Assembly: GCA_025201805.1 (NCBI GenBank)
Contig: MU619260.1
Span: 119,569-183,568, forward strand
Reading direction: 5' to 3'
DNA: 64,000 bases
Source of the DNA: Parasitella parasitica NRRL 2501
Taxonomy: Eukaryota; Fungi; Mucoromycota
A program made the translations under genes and the position numbers. Positions 10,111 to 22,819 of the stretch are shown one piece after another. Positions within the stretch are counted from its first letter, which is position 1, and each line of letters opens with the position of its first letter. Below the pieces are notes generated by a model. It saw only the letters and a program-made list of their open reading frames with translations, was not told the DNA's origin and did no database searches.

Positions 10111-10549
10111 TATAATATTCGTTTGAAAGTATTATGCAAAGGGAAGAGCAAGATGAAAACTACGCGCGCTACATAGTGTTATCCGTATTATACAGTGTCT
10201 AAACTTACACAGATATCAAAACTGTCAAACCTTACTTGTTCTCGAGTCATTTACAGACTGCCCTTAATTTAGATGGCTTTTGTGTTTACAGAGTCCATTC
10301 TGAAACATGACATTGCACATCAGAATTATCAAGGCGGGTTGTTCACGCATTCCGAGGTTACGTTATATATCCCTTTTGGTTGAAGATGGCAAGGTTAGAG
10401 TTGGACTACCATATCTGTCATCATACTTTACATGACGAATATTTTTGCTCTTTAGCTTAAGTGTGAGTTGGTACATCTACGCATAAAGGGGTGTGGCGCA
10501 GATCGAAGACATCTGCTTTCAGTTTTGTATTGGGTCAAAAATATCTTTT

Positions 10550-11737
10550 TTATTTAGCTGCCATCATCTTGTCGACATCAGTAACCAGCTTGTTTACTAT
10601 TTCTGTAGCAGATAATGAACATTGCTCAGAGTAATCAACCGCAAGCGGAGCATTCGCACCAGACAACAGCATCATATAGTCCTGGATTCCATTTTGCGTA
10701 GCATACGCCGCAATATCCTTGGTCTTTGCAGACTGAATATCGTAATTTGGGATTTCTACTCTGTTTTTACTGCTAGCTTCTTCAATGCGCTTCATTAATT
10801 TGTTTGGATAACTGCGGACACTTCTTCCGGTAATTGCTGTTGTAATCCTGGTTTTTTCTACGCCGTTTTTCTTGGCATTCAACATGTAATCTCTGTGCCC
10901 CTTGGGGGTGGTTGATTCCTTTGCCATCATAAATAGAGTCCCGATAGCAGCACCATCCGCTTTCCAATCATGCAAAGCGCGATAGACATCCGAACCGGAG
11001 CTGATGCCTCCTGCAGCAATAATAGGAATGGGGAATCGACCGTTATCTTGCGTCGATCGAATCGCCTCGACCAAATCAGACACTGGCAATTGTCGATGAT
11101 TTTTATCTTCATTGCATATTTTCAAAAACGAGCCACGATGCCCTCCAGCCTCTAAACCCTGCGCAACGATGGCATCTGCTTTTCTGGTGGGATCTGAGGG
11201 GTCCAAGCCAGCCAAGACCAAGGCTTCTTGCACTGTAGTTGCAGTGCCAATCAGAAATGTGCCTGCACTCTGAAGTCTTTGTAGAAACTTATCAGGCAAA
11301 AGTCCAAATGTAAATGACACGACCGGTACCCGCTCTTCCAAGATGACATTGACTTGGTCTTCGAAAGGCGGGGAGCGTGGCTGGAATTCAGAAGGAATGG
11401 GGATATGCAATTCTGTGCGGATTTCGTTCAAGACATCATCTGTGCCTGTGTAATGCTTCTGTAATTCAGCGCTTGTGGGGGGTGTTGCCGCTCTGCAAAA
11501 GAGGTTGACGGCAAACGGGCGAGACGTTTTTTCACGAATACTGTGAATTGTAGTGCGCAATTGAGGCGCTGGAAGCATGCCTGCACCCAGCGAGCCCAAT
11601 CCACCAGCATTACTTACCGCGGCAATTAGGTCAGCACCTGTGTGTCCTGCGCAAGGTGCTTGGATGATGGGATACTGTATATGTAGAGCTTTAGTGATGG
11701 CTGTTGCTGCCCAGCTTGCTCCATGAGTAGTGGCCAT
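10550..11737 (-). CDS. Nitronate monooxygenase (2-nitropropane dioxygenase family), intronless
   Basis: YPIIQAP, AVSNAGGLGSLG, VAQGLEAGGHRG, IAAGGI and IGTLFM motifs. Confidence 0.92.
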   Translation of the reverse strand: MATTHGASWAATAITKALHIQYPIIQAPCAGHTGADLIAAVSNAGGLGSLGAGMLPAPQLRTTIHSIREKTSRPFAVNLFCRAATPPTSAELQKHYTGTDDVLNEIRTELHIPIPSEFQPRSPPFEDQVNVILEERVPVVSFTFGLLPDKFLQRLQSAGTFLIGTATTVQEALVLAGLDPSDPTRKADAIVAQGLEAGGHRGSFLKICNEDKNHRQLPVSDLVEAIRSTQDNGRFPIPIIAAGGISSGSDVYRALHDWKADGAAIGTLFMMAKESTTPKGHRDYMLNAKKNGVEKTRITTAITGRSVRSYPNKLMKRIEEASSKNRVEIPNYDIQSAKTKDIAAYATQNGIQDYMMLLSGANAPLAVDYSEQCSLSATEIVNKLVTDVDKMMAAK

Positions 11738-11936
11738 TTTTAATGCAATGTAATAATAAACGGAAGGGAAAAGAGTATTACTAATACAACTTGTTTAGCC
11801 CCAGTTAATAAACATATTGAAAGCGACGTCATTTTTCAACGTTTACATTTGTGGTGCATGATCTTGCTCTACTTTTACTCTATCACAAATGAGGGGTGGT
11901 TATTTATTAAAAAAAAAAAAATACAAATGGTTTAGT

Positions 11937-13752
11937 CTATCCAGAAATGGTGGCGTTCACTGCAGTCGAGAAAGTGGAAGCTGCTTTTTCATCGGGGTAG
12001 TAGTAGAAGCTGATGGCAATCACGATGTAGATGGCTATCAGCATCAAACCTTCCAGCCAATTACTTTCACCGTCCTACGTGCAGTAGTGTACCTTGTTAG
12101 CCATATTACGCTTCGATTGCTAGTCGAGAAAAATACATACCATAATCAAATAATTCACCATAATCACAGCAATCAACAGCACTGCTGTTTCGTAAATGTT
12201 AAAGTAAAGACTCATCTCTATTTGCATGCCCCACCCGATAATCACCATTAATGGAGTGACCAAAAGGGCGATTTGCATGCTGCTTCCAACGGCAATACCC
12301 AATGCCAAGTCCATCTTATTTTTCATAGCACAAGTAACTGCAGTAAGATGCTCGGCTGCATTACCGACCTATCAATTCTAGTTAGGCTACAGCTCTCCCT
12401 TACAAGCACAATGTAGTCAATTACCAATGGAATCAAAATGAGGCCTACAAAGGTTTCACTGATGTGCCACACTTTGGTTACTTCCTCGATAGCTGACACC
12501 AAGAACTCGGCACAAACGCCAACAGTAACAGTAACGACGACCAATCTAAGAGCAAAGAAAGTTGAGTTCCAAATACGCATCATTGCAAAACAGGTTACAC
12601 GGTAAGCTTACAAGGTAACAGCCATCCATGAAGGTAATTGAGGTTCTTCTATTTCCTCGTCTTCTTCACTAGCAGGGCGGCTTACAAATAGCTGGCCTTC
12701 CTCAGCAGCAGCTTGGCTATTTTCTTGTTGCTGTTGCAATTGCATTCTACTGACTCTACGACTATCAGAGGTGGGAGTACCCATGAACTGCAGAGGTAAT
12801 ACGTTAATATCAACATGTCAAAAAGCATGTGTTGCGTAATTGCATACCAAGAAATTATGAGTTTTGAGCTATAATTGTTTTTTTTAGTCCTGTATACTAC
12901 ATCTACTAGCTTCAAATAAAGTCTCACCTGAAAGAACAAGTATGAAAAGTACAGGATCAGCAAAATGATCGAAGTAGCTCTTGAAATACTCAAAATGTCC
13001 AGAGTCAAATCGCCAGACGACACTGCGTTTGTGGAATGAATCGATCCATAAAACGCTGCTGGGATCAACAAGGAAGCAACCGAGATGAACAGCAGAGAAG
13101 CTGACGTTTGTGCAACTGTCTTGTTAAAGTATTGTGTTTTGTGGTAATAGCCACCTCCCCAAAAGCACATGCCTAGTACCAGTAATAAATTGGATAAAAT
13201 AGACCCCAGCATGGAAGCCTGGACAACAATGACCAGGTTTTGCGTTAACGAGATGACTGAAATGATGAGTTCGACGGCATTGCCGAACGTTGCGTTTAAT
13301 AGACCGCCGATGGTCTTGATTCAATAGCATGGTGAGCTTATTGCCATACACCACCCACATAGATCACTTACCTCACCGGTTCGCAGCGCAATATCCTCAG
13401 TAGCAAACCCCAACAGCTTGGCTAGCGGAATGATTGCCAAGAAATTCATTATAAAAGTGATTGTTGGAGACCAACAGAAATGAGACACAATGCCAATGGG
13501 AATAAATACCAACAGCAGGTTCACCCAGGAAGACTTTGCAATCACCATCAAACCATCTCTAGTGCTAATTTTTTTAGGTGCTTTGGTTGATTTTTTGCTA
13601 CGGGTGCTGTTGGTTGAGCTTCTTTGCTGTGGCAAAGGTTCTGTCTGGGAATTTGAAATTGTTGAAGCGGGAGTATGAATGACAGCTGTAGATGAAGAAG
13701 GAGATTGATCTATCATGATAGCAGATGTGTTTTCGAGTCGTTGAATATCCAT
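11937..13752 (-). CDS. VCX1: Vacuolar Ca2+/H+ antiporter, multi-exon
   Basis: [39 protein letters not shown] and SNWLEG motifs across GT-AG introns. Confidence 0.93.
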
Positions 13753-15451
13753 ATACAGAGGGTACCTTGAAATGTAAGTGTGGATAGAAGGACGAGAAAA
13801 ATAATAGACCTTTTATATACAATTTCTACATTTTCATTGTTTCGTTTGGGATACCAGCATTGTTTAATTAAGTTAATATTCGTTTCACGAGTTTTTTTTC
13901 CTCTGTCAAACAACGAAATTCCTAAATATGCTAATATCATTTTATATTTACGCTAATCACACAAAATACTTTACTATCCATACGCCTATCGTGCGAAGGC
14001 CATACACTGCAATTATAAGAATTTTTACAATAAACTCATCAAGAATTCGTAACCAAAAAAAAAGTGATAATTATTGTAATATTTACAAAAATCATAACAC
14101 CCCCCGTCAAGCGAATTTTTAATTTTAAATGCTGATCTGCTGCACACCAATAGTAAATAGGTTTTTGATTGTCGAATAAATTAAATCTGAAAACTAAAAA
14201 AAGGACAAAGAATTGTTGTATATGGCGTTTCCAGGGTCAAGCGGTACTTTTGAAAACAAATTGCGCTGTTGACCTTCTCAGTTAATATGGTATATTGAGG
14301 GTTTTTGGAACTAACTTTTTAGAGGTAAAAATCTGATCAATAATTTCCATTTACAACGAATGTATCAGAAATGCAACGAGCTGTTGTTTCGCTTTACTAA
14401 ACAAAGATGTTCTAACTCATTATCGCCCCCATATGCTTGATGTTAGCAACGTCTTTAGCAAATAATTAATTTTTCAATAATGATGATGTGGCAGCTCTAT
14501 TACATCTTTAACTTGCTAATATAAGGTAGTTGATTTTGGTCCATAACTTTTGCTAAAGACACCGCCTTTCTCTATTGCATGCCTAAACATAAACAGTTGA
14601 AAAAAAAACCACCAGCTTTCAAACAAAAAATACATATAAACGCCTATACCTTCACGGAAAGAACAAACCATGGCATGTTTACATACTTGGCTGATGCTGC
14701 TGATATACACTTTATTTCCACTCGGTGGATCATATATATTGAGCTTATTTGCAAAAGAAGTTATTTTTTTTGACTGAAATATTAACAGCAGTGATAAAAA
14801 TCAATCTTTTGCCATGATAAACCACCTTTTGTGCTAATTTTTTCATACTGCTTTACCAGTTTTCGGTAGTAATAGCTTATGATGTTTGGTTATCAGTATT
14901 TTGGGAGAGGCGTTCTTTTCCTCAATTTCTTGTACACGCTACGCTTTCAATACTTAATGCTGCAGATGATAACTAAAGCTTGTTTCATACTCTTTGTGTC
15001 TAAACTAAAGTAATTAAATACTTCATCAGATCTTTTTATTTTCCTAATGGAGGGTTGCTCCTCCCCTAAACACCTTTCTGTCGGTCCTAAAGACAAATGC
15101 TTGGCGAGTCATTTATTTCTATTTTGCAGCTTTTACATGATAATCAGACACTTGCTAGGGCAAAAAAAAAAATTTTTTTTACATGTTGACAACGCAGTTT
15201 TTTTTGGTGGTTTAAACTATGCCTGGAAGTATGTTGTAATTCGACAATAAAATTATAAGACAACTGTGAATCATTTTAAGCTTGTGCGATGATTTCATAA
15301 AAAGATCTGCCCATAATATGTAGCTCGGATTTGTTTCAAACCTTCCAAACTATTTTACGTAAAATCCCGCGCTGCTCAAAGAGACATGTTTGATATTTTC
15401 TGGAATGCCGCCTACTTCATCCTTGCTTTTCGTTGAAAAAAGTCGTACATC

Positions 15452-16642
15452 ATGCTTCAAAGAAGAAAACTAGTGCTACAACTATGCGCTCTGATTTTCC
15501 TCATCCTGCTCACCACATTGATTGTGCTGTTGTTTCTCACTTCCTTGCACAAGACGATTCCTGCAAACATCCCTTATCTCACAAACATTCCTAGCTATCG
15601 AAACAAATGGCAATACACTGCACAAAAACGTTTGTCACAGCCAAATACAAATCTCGATGCAGCATTCATTACATTTGCTCACGGTGATAAAAAATCCTTG
15701 AGTGATTTGCGACAAACTATGCGAACTATTGAAGATGTGTTTAATAAGCACTACAACTACCCCTATGTTGTATTTACTGACGACGATTTATCCAACGAAT
15801 ACAAGGAACTGGTCGCGGCTGTCACACGAGGAAATGTCCAGTTTGAAAAGGTCGATCGGTACGAGTATGGTTATAGTAATACGACAGATCAATTCAGAGC
15901 ATATCTAGCCAGAAAAAGTTTGCCGAACAGTGAGGAAAATACCCAGGAGTTCCGGTTCAAGTCGAGATTGATGGCTGGCACCATTTTCAAGTAAGTACAC
16001 GATCAGGTTAGTCCTTGATGTGGGTGGGGCTGAAAGCTCTCAATTGATAGCCATGCAATTTTCGATAAACTGGATTATTTCTGGAGATTCGAACCAGGAA
16101 GTGAATACATGTGTCCTATCGATTTTGACCCTTTTCAATACATGCTCGACAACCAAAAGGAAATATCGTACTCGATTGCCACGTATGAGAAACAGGAAAC
16201 AGCTCCATCCTTATTTAAAACCGTGCTCAAATTTAAAAAGAAACATCCAGAATGGCATCCGACAACTGACGTTGAGGACGAAAGTCTCTTGTCCCTTATG
16301 ACAAACGAGAAGGGAGAATACAATCGATGCTTTTTCTGGAACAACTTCCAAATTGCAAAAACAAGCTTCTTCAAGAGCGCCGCGTATCAGGCATTCTTTG
16401 AATTCATAGAGAAAGAACAGGGCATCTTTTACGAGCAATGGGCCGATCCAGTGATACAATCATTGGCAGCAGCACTGTTCTTGGATCGAGATCAGGTTCA
16501 TTTTTGGGAAGATGTTGGCTATCGTTACAGATTTTCATATAATCACTGCCCGAGCGAGATAGCAATATGGGAAAAATGCTCATGCAGGCCAAGCCAGAGC
16601 TTTGACCAAGACGGCCTTAGTTGCATGGCCATCTTTCAGTAA
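15452..16642 (+). CDS. GT15 alpha-1,2-mannosyltransferase (KRE2/KTR family), one intron 15991-16050
   Basis: N-terminal TM anchor; FNKHYNYPYV, DYFWRFEP, CFFWNNFQI, GIFYEQWADP and HCP motifs. Confidence 0.9.
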
Positions 16643-16689
16643 ATAAAGATACTAACTACTTATTGAACTTCTATTCGTTTTTGTCTAGT

Positions 16690-17430
16690 AGTTGTTAATC
16701 AAGCGCTAGCTTTTTGTCGATTTCGATGGGTGCCAAGGCGTACACCTTCGGCACTGGATCCTGTTCATGGACATTGCGCTTGTTCTTGATGCAATTAGTC
16801 GCAATAAGGGTAGATCCAGGGACAAAGCGCATTCTCTAATCGCTTGAAAAATATCCAGGATGAATCCTGCTATACGTCTTGCGACGAGTCTTTGGCTAAC
16901 ATCTTGCCGAAATGTAAAAAAAAAAAAAACGCTTTGAATAGTCCTTCAGCTGCAGTAATGGTGGCAAATCGAGAACTACATGAGCTTTTGGTATCAGGGC
17001 TAGCCGAGAGAATACAGTTTATCCTGCTGCAGTTTTGAAAGAATGTCAAGTCTTGTTCTACTGTGCGTTACATTAAGAGGTCAGTTTGATATGATCGATG
17101 CACATATAAAGAACCTGTCCACTGCAGAGGTATATTGAGTAACTGGAATGTCATATTTGACGGATAAAGCATCGAATTTTGACAGGTTTCTTACTATTAT
17201 AAGACAGTAAATACAAGGCCATCTACGATAGAGGTTCTCGATTTACTAGTTTCTTGCACTTGAAGTTTGTAATTCTCATTTTCAGAGGTGAACGACGCTG
17301 CATCGAAGCTACTGACAGACTTTCCAGCTATAAAGTGCGCTTTGTTGAGCTGCAATGTAAATAGCATAGCAACCATCACCAAGCTTATTGCCAAAATTAG
17401 CCGTCGAGACGATATTAGATGGGAAAACAT
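16690..17430 (-). pseudogene. Probable pseudogene of a signal-anchored protein of unknown family
   Basis: Clean ATG and hydrophobic anchor, then stops at 17197 and protein-like fragments in shifting frames down to ~16700. Confidence 0.3.
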
Positions 17431-17759
17431 GGCAGAAGGAAGGGATGCTCAAGTCTTGCTATCTTTTTGTTTTATATAAATATATACAAAATGGAGCTGG
17501 TATCTGCAATTGTAAACTGAAACCATTGGTATAGTTCCTTAATACTAGTCAACCAAATCATGAAGAGTAAGTGCTGTGTAAATGCGCCAAACACGGTGGG
17601 CATGTAGCACATGACTCACGAGAATTCGATATATGAAGCTCTTAGTTGCATCTGAAGGTGCGCACAAGTCGAATTCATAATAGAGCGTTTTTCTTTCTCC
17701 TCTTTTTTCTTTTTTTTTCTTAATCATCTCTCTTCAAGTAAATCGATTATATTATCATA

Positions 17760-18443
17760 ATGACAGGCACTCAGGAGACTTTTACTGGATACGCAGGATT
17801 GGAACCTTTCGTTTTGGAGGACAAAAAGACTCATTTACAAACGTACAAGTTTCAACCAAGACCTTTGGACGCCGACGAAGTAGAGATTCAAGTGTCTGCA
17901 TGTGGCATGTAAGCACCTCCATCTCTTTAATACCAGAATACATAGACTAATGCGTGTCCCATGCGATCCCATAGTTGCGGGTCAGATGTTCATCAATTGA
18001 CAAATGTTAGTTATATATAAGGATATTCTTGTATTGCTTCTCATGAACATTTGGTAGGGCTGGAAACGCGCAAATTACCCATTAATTGCGGGTCATGAAT
18101 TCATTGGAGTAGTAACTGCCGTTGGGGATCAAGTGAAGGACATCAAACTGGGACAGAGAGTGGGTGTGAGTCCTGTATGTAGATCATGCGGGGATTGTGA
18201 ACAGTGTAACAGCTCTCATTCACAATTATGTGCCAAAAAAGTAACTACTTACAATGGAAAGTACAAGGGATTCTCCACATTTGGGGTGAGTGTTTATACA
18301 AAGAATCAGAGCTATCTTTGCATGGTGTTGACACGAATGTAGGGCTATGCAGATAAGGTCAGAGTGCAAGCTGCTTGGGCAATCCCAATTCCCGACAACA
18401 TCAGCAATGAAGAAGGCGCCCCATTGTAAGTAAAAACGATCCG

Positions 18444-18490
<47 letters not shown>

Positions 18491-19220
18491 CTCTAATATC
18501 ACTTGCATTTATAGACTCTGTGCAGGTATCACTACGTAAGTTCAAGCAGTTAAGTTGGAGGATGAAATGTTGCTTAAAATGCCACTTAGTTATTTACCAT
18601 TCAAACACCAAAACATTGGCCCTGAAACCTCAGTTGGCGTGATTGGTATTGGCGGTTTAGGTCATTTAGCTGTACGTATACTCAAGATGTGTACGTTAGC
18701 AAACAAAAGAGTGGTCTGATTCATGATATTATAGATCCAATGGGCAAAAGCAAAAGGATGCCCCAAAATTCTAGCCATTTCGTCGTCCACTCGTAAAAAA
18801 AGCGACGCTACTAAACTGGGCGCAACCGATTTCACTGTTTTGGACGAGAACAGTAGCTTTGACGATAAATATGCTCGAAGTGTTGATGTACTTTTGGTTT
18901 GTGGATCGGGCAAGTCAACCAACTGGGGGAAACTGACTGAGCTTGTCAAAGTCCGTGGTAAAATAGTCCTCATCGACGTTCCTGATGAGCCCATCCTTTT
19001 GCCTGCTGCTGCCTTGGTTTATCAGCATATTAGTTTAATTGGTACATTTGTCGGAAGTAATGATGATTTGAAGGAGATGCTTGAATTCGCCAGCCAAACT
19101 GGTGTTCGCCCCTGGACCCAGACTGTTGAAAATACGCTGGATGGCGTGAATGGAGGCATTGAGGATTTGATCAATGGCAAAGCCCATTACCGTATTGTCA
19201 TCAGCGGACAAGGGCGATAA
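17760..19220 (+). CDS. Zinc-dependent NADP alcohol dehydrogenase (cinnamyl-ADH / ADH6-like), multi-exon
   Basis: CGICGSD, GHE, CxxCxxC structural Zn motif, APLLCAGIT, GIGGLG and YRIVI. Confidence 0.92.
18446..18488. repeat. (TG)n microsatellite in an ADH intron
   Basis: Perfect dinucleotide run of ~21 units. Confidence 0.95.
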
Positions 19221-19427
19221 TTTTTGTATTGCGTATAAGCATTGATCCTACAGTTTTACTTTAAATAAAATTTCATTGATCAAAGATATATCAAACATAT
19301 GCTATCTGACAGTCTCCCAAAATAAAAAATAAAAAAAGTCAGGCGAATGCCAAGTTAATACAAGTAAATTTATGGATTTATAACAGATAATTGTAAGGTC
19401 TCATTCTAAATACATGAGCAATTGCGT

Positions 19428-21783
19428 CTACTTCTTTGCGGAAGTATCAGCCTTGGAAGCCATGCTGGCAGCTTTACCATCAGGAATGCGGATAAAGTGA
19501 GCAGGCTCGGTAGCCGTGGCAGTAGCGTCAAGAATAAAGTAACCCTTGCGCTCAAATTGGATGATATCTCCCTTCTTCAAGTTCTTGGTATTGCCATCAG
19601 CAATAGCGGGGAGCTTGAACTCACTGACAGGAGTAACAAGATCCTTAACCTCATCACCATCTTCAACTTTCTTCTTTGAAATCAAGTAATCGTAATCGAG
19701 CAGGAGAATATCAGTGGCATCCTCATCCTTTGCCAACCACGTCAACTTTTTCTTGGTCTTTTTGAAATCACCATCAAGATGAAGTTCCAAGTCAATGCTG
19801 GTAACCTCACCTTGACCATCCTTGGCAATCTTTCGTACAAAGACATTTCCCCAGTCCATCAAGGTAACTTCTTCGCCTTCCTCGAGTGTTTTGGCATCCT
19901 CTTGATCCAGGTAGATGTGGGGCCCGAAATGGGTCTTTTTGTTGCCGAGCTCAGCATTCTTCTTGTGAAGAGGGAGCTCTTTGACCTCAGCAGCAGCACC
20001 AGCGACGTTACAGACAACCACACCTTCCTTAAGAACAGCAACATATCTAGGAGCAACGGGATCAATGATCTTTCTGTTCAAAGCCCAAAGCTTATCCCAT
20101 TCCAAGAGCAACGTGTTTTGGGAAGCACCTTGCATCAAAATGTATTGCTTCAAGGCTTCAATAGTCAAGCCACGACGACGGATACCACGAACAGTAGGAA
20201 AACGAGGATCATCCCAGCCGCTGACATGACCTTGGTCAACAAACCACTGGAGCTTTCTCTTGGAAAGAAGAGTATATACAAAATTCATTCTACTAAAGTC
20301 CCAAATAGTGACCTTACGAAGACCGAGAGCTTCAATCATCCAATCGTACTGGACGTTACGATCGCGGTATTCGTTTGTTCTCAAAGCATGAGAAACACCT
20401 TCAATGGAATCAACGATGGGGCAAGCAAAATCATAAGTAGGGTAAACCTTCCACTTGTCGCCGGTATAGTGATGAGGAGTCAAGTTGCAGCGATAGATGA
20501 CAGGATCACGCATAGTACCATTGGGACTAGCATAATCGATCTTGGCACGCAGACAGTTCTTTAACCCTTCCTCAGTACCCTTGGACATCTCATCGAAACG
20601 ACGCAAAGTCTCTTCGACAGAGTTATCACGGCACTTGGAAGGAATGCGAGCAGTGCGCTGTTCACGCATGACGGTTTGCTCGGTATCATCACAATATGCC
20701 TTGCCCTCCTTGATCATCTTGAGGGCGAGCTCGTACATTTGGCCAAAGAAGTCAGATGTATGGGAAACAATGTCAGAGGGGACGCCAATCAAAGCAAGGT
20801 CTTCCTTGATAGACTCTTCAAACTCGGTCTTTTCCTTGCTAGGATTGGTATCATCGAAACGGATGATCAACTTACCCTTGTAGGTATCAGCAAAGTATTG
20901 ATTCATAAGAGCAGCCTTAGCGTGGCCAATGTGAAGATAACCCGAGGGTTCAGGAGGAAAACGAGTGCAAACCTTGCCCATCTCAGCCTCGGTTAAACCA
21001 ATCTCAAATTTACCTTGATCATTAGCCTTGGGACCCTGATTTGGTTGTGTTAATCAAGCAATTTCAAACTAACGCCAAGAATTTACCTTGGAAGCCTTTT
21101 CATGCTTTTGAACAGCTGTCAAAGCGTATTCGGCAGCATCGAGAGAAGTGATATATTCGTACCAACGTACGAGGTAAACACCAAGAGTTTCAGGTTTGGC
21201 CTTGACAATACGAGCAAAGACAGGAGACGATCTCAAAGCACCCCAAATAACCAAATCAGCAATGGTGACTTGATAGCCGACGATATAAGAACGGAGGGTC
21301 AAGTACTTGTTAAGCTCCTTGTAGGTACCATCAAGAGACTTGAAATCAGATGTTGTCAACTTGGCTTCAGCGAAATCTAACCATTGATCAATCAAGGTCG
21401 AGCTAATTGGATCTTCAGGGTTGTAGAGACCAGCTTCAGGGTTTAGTCTGGCTAATAGTCTAGCAATGGCGTTGGTGGTTTCATAGGTTTCACTAAATTG
21501 AAAATGTCAAAATTTACGTTTGACATCGCAATGCGCCTCATAATCAACAAACCCGTTGTAAGAAACGGAGGCTGCAGGTTTAGCGGCTCCTTCAAGGTTC
21601 TTTGCATCGCGAAATTCGACCTCAACAGCGCCCTTTTTGACAGCGTTAACTTGGGCAGCAACGGCAAGAACCCCTTTACAAATGCAAATGTTGAGTTCCC
21701 GTGACAATAGTTTAAGCCTTGCAAATCTTACCATAATTGAAAGGCGATGCTTTAGAAGCAACAACAAGTTTAATATCACTCAT
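19428..21783 (-). CDS. GUS1: Cytosolic glutamyl-tRNA synthetase with GST-like N-domain
   Basis: RFPPEPSGYLHIGH, LSKRKL, WDDPRFPT and QFERKG; three 5' introns. Confidence 0.96.
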
Positions 21784-22819
21784 AATTTGAATGGGATGAA
21801 ACTGGAAAGAAAAATGTTTGTTGGCTTTTTGCAAGTTTTATCTACCTTCATAAAAAAAAAAAGTGACTTTACCTGACTCACAGAAGGTCCAAGGTTTCCT
21901 TCATATGCTAATCTGCAAGATGAACAAGTTTGCTAAGCATATAACGCTTTAATAAGCTACTGTGAAGGGTAGAGGGTACATAATAACGTTCTATTGATTT
22001 CTTTTCTGTGATAGTAGTAGCTAAGGCTAATGATTTTCAAGTACACATTGACACAAGCGCTATTGATATAAAATAAATTTTTCCATCATAACTGACCTTT
22101 TTAATAAAAATCTGAACCTGGAGCATTTTTTACTTACTTTGATGTGAAATATCAACCGGATGAAATTACTGCACATATTGCGCTCATATCAAAATTTATA
22201 ACCTTAACATATTTTATGTTATATTGCCCATATTTTACACGAGTATAAAAAAAATAGGTGCCAACTTTTTCTTGACGAATGCCAAATTCAAAATTTCCTT
22301 TATAAACATTTCCTGGGCTAGTAGAACAATATATAATGGAAAATTTTACAAAAAAAATAGCAGCGAACAAAGCCATGTAATAAAACTTCATGATGTTTTT
22401 CACGTAATGATTTTGTACAAGTTTGTAGTTGAAAAAAATTATACAAATTGTAATAGTATTATGGTTACACTAGTATATTCAAATTCATCGTAAAATGAAG
22501 TTTCGCAGCATCAGGATAATTTTGATTATAGGATAACAAATATGCAGATTTACTTGAACGTGTACAGGCTGTTAAAAAGTAAAAAGCAATGGACGCATTA
22601 AACTTTCACAAGACTCGATGAGCTAGTTCCGTATCTATTAAATGATCCAGCTACTGGCGCACTTAAACTTGATGATTTCCGGAGAAAATCCATTGGATGC
22701 AAACACTTGAAGTTATTAAAGGAGGGGTTATTTTTACTGAAAATGCGAGCTAACAAATGATAATGTATAGTTAATGATAAATGTACAAGAGTTTAGAGTT
22801 GATGTGTAAAACTAATAGT

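Noticed and set aside
10488-10520. tRNA-like start ggggtgtggcgcag with a small hairpin
   Set aside because: No anticodon arm, T-loop or acceptor-stem complement.
19779-20564. Long antisense ORFs over GluRS (also over RPN3, QCR2, the DUF726 tail and the GGNN gene)
   Set aside because: Explained by codon bias or repeat content of the sense gene; no motifs.
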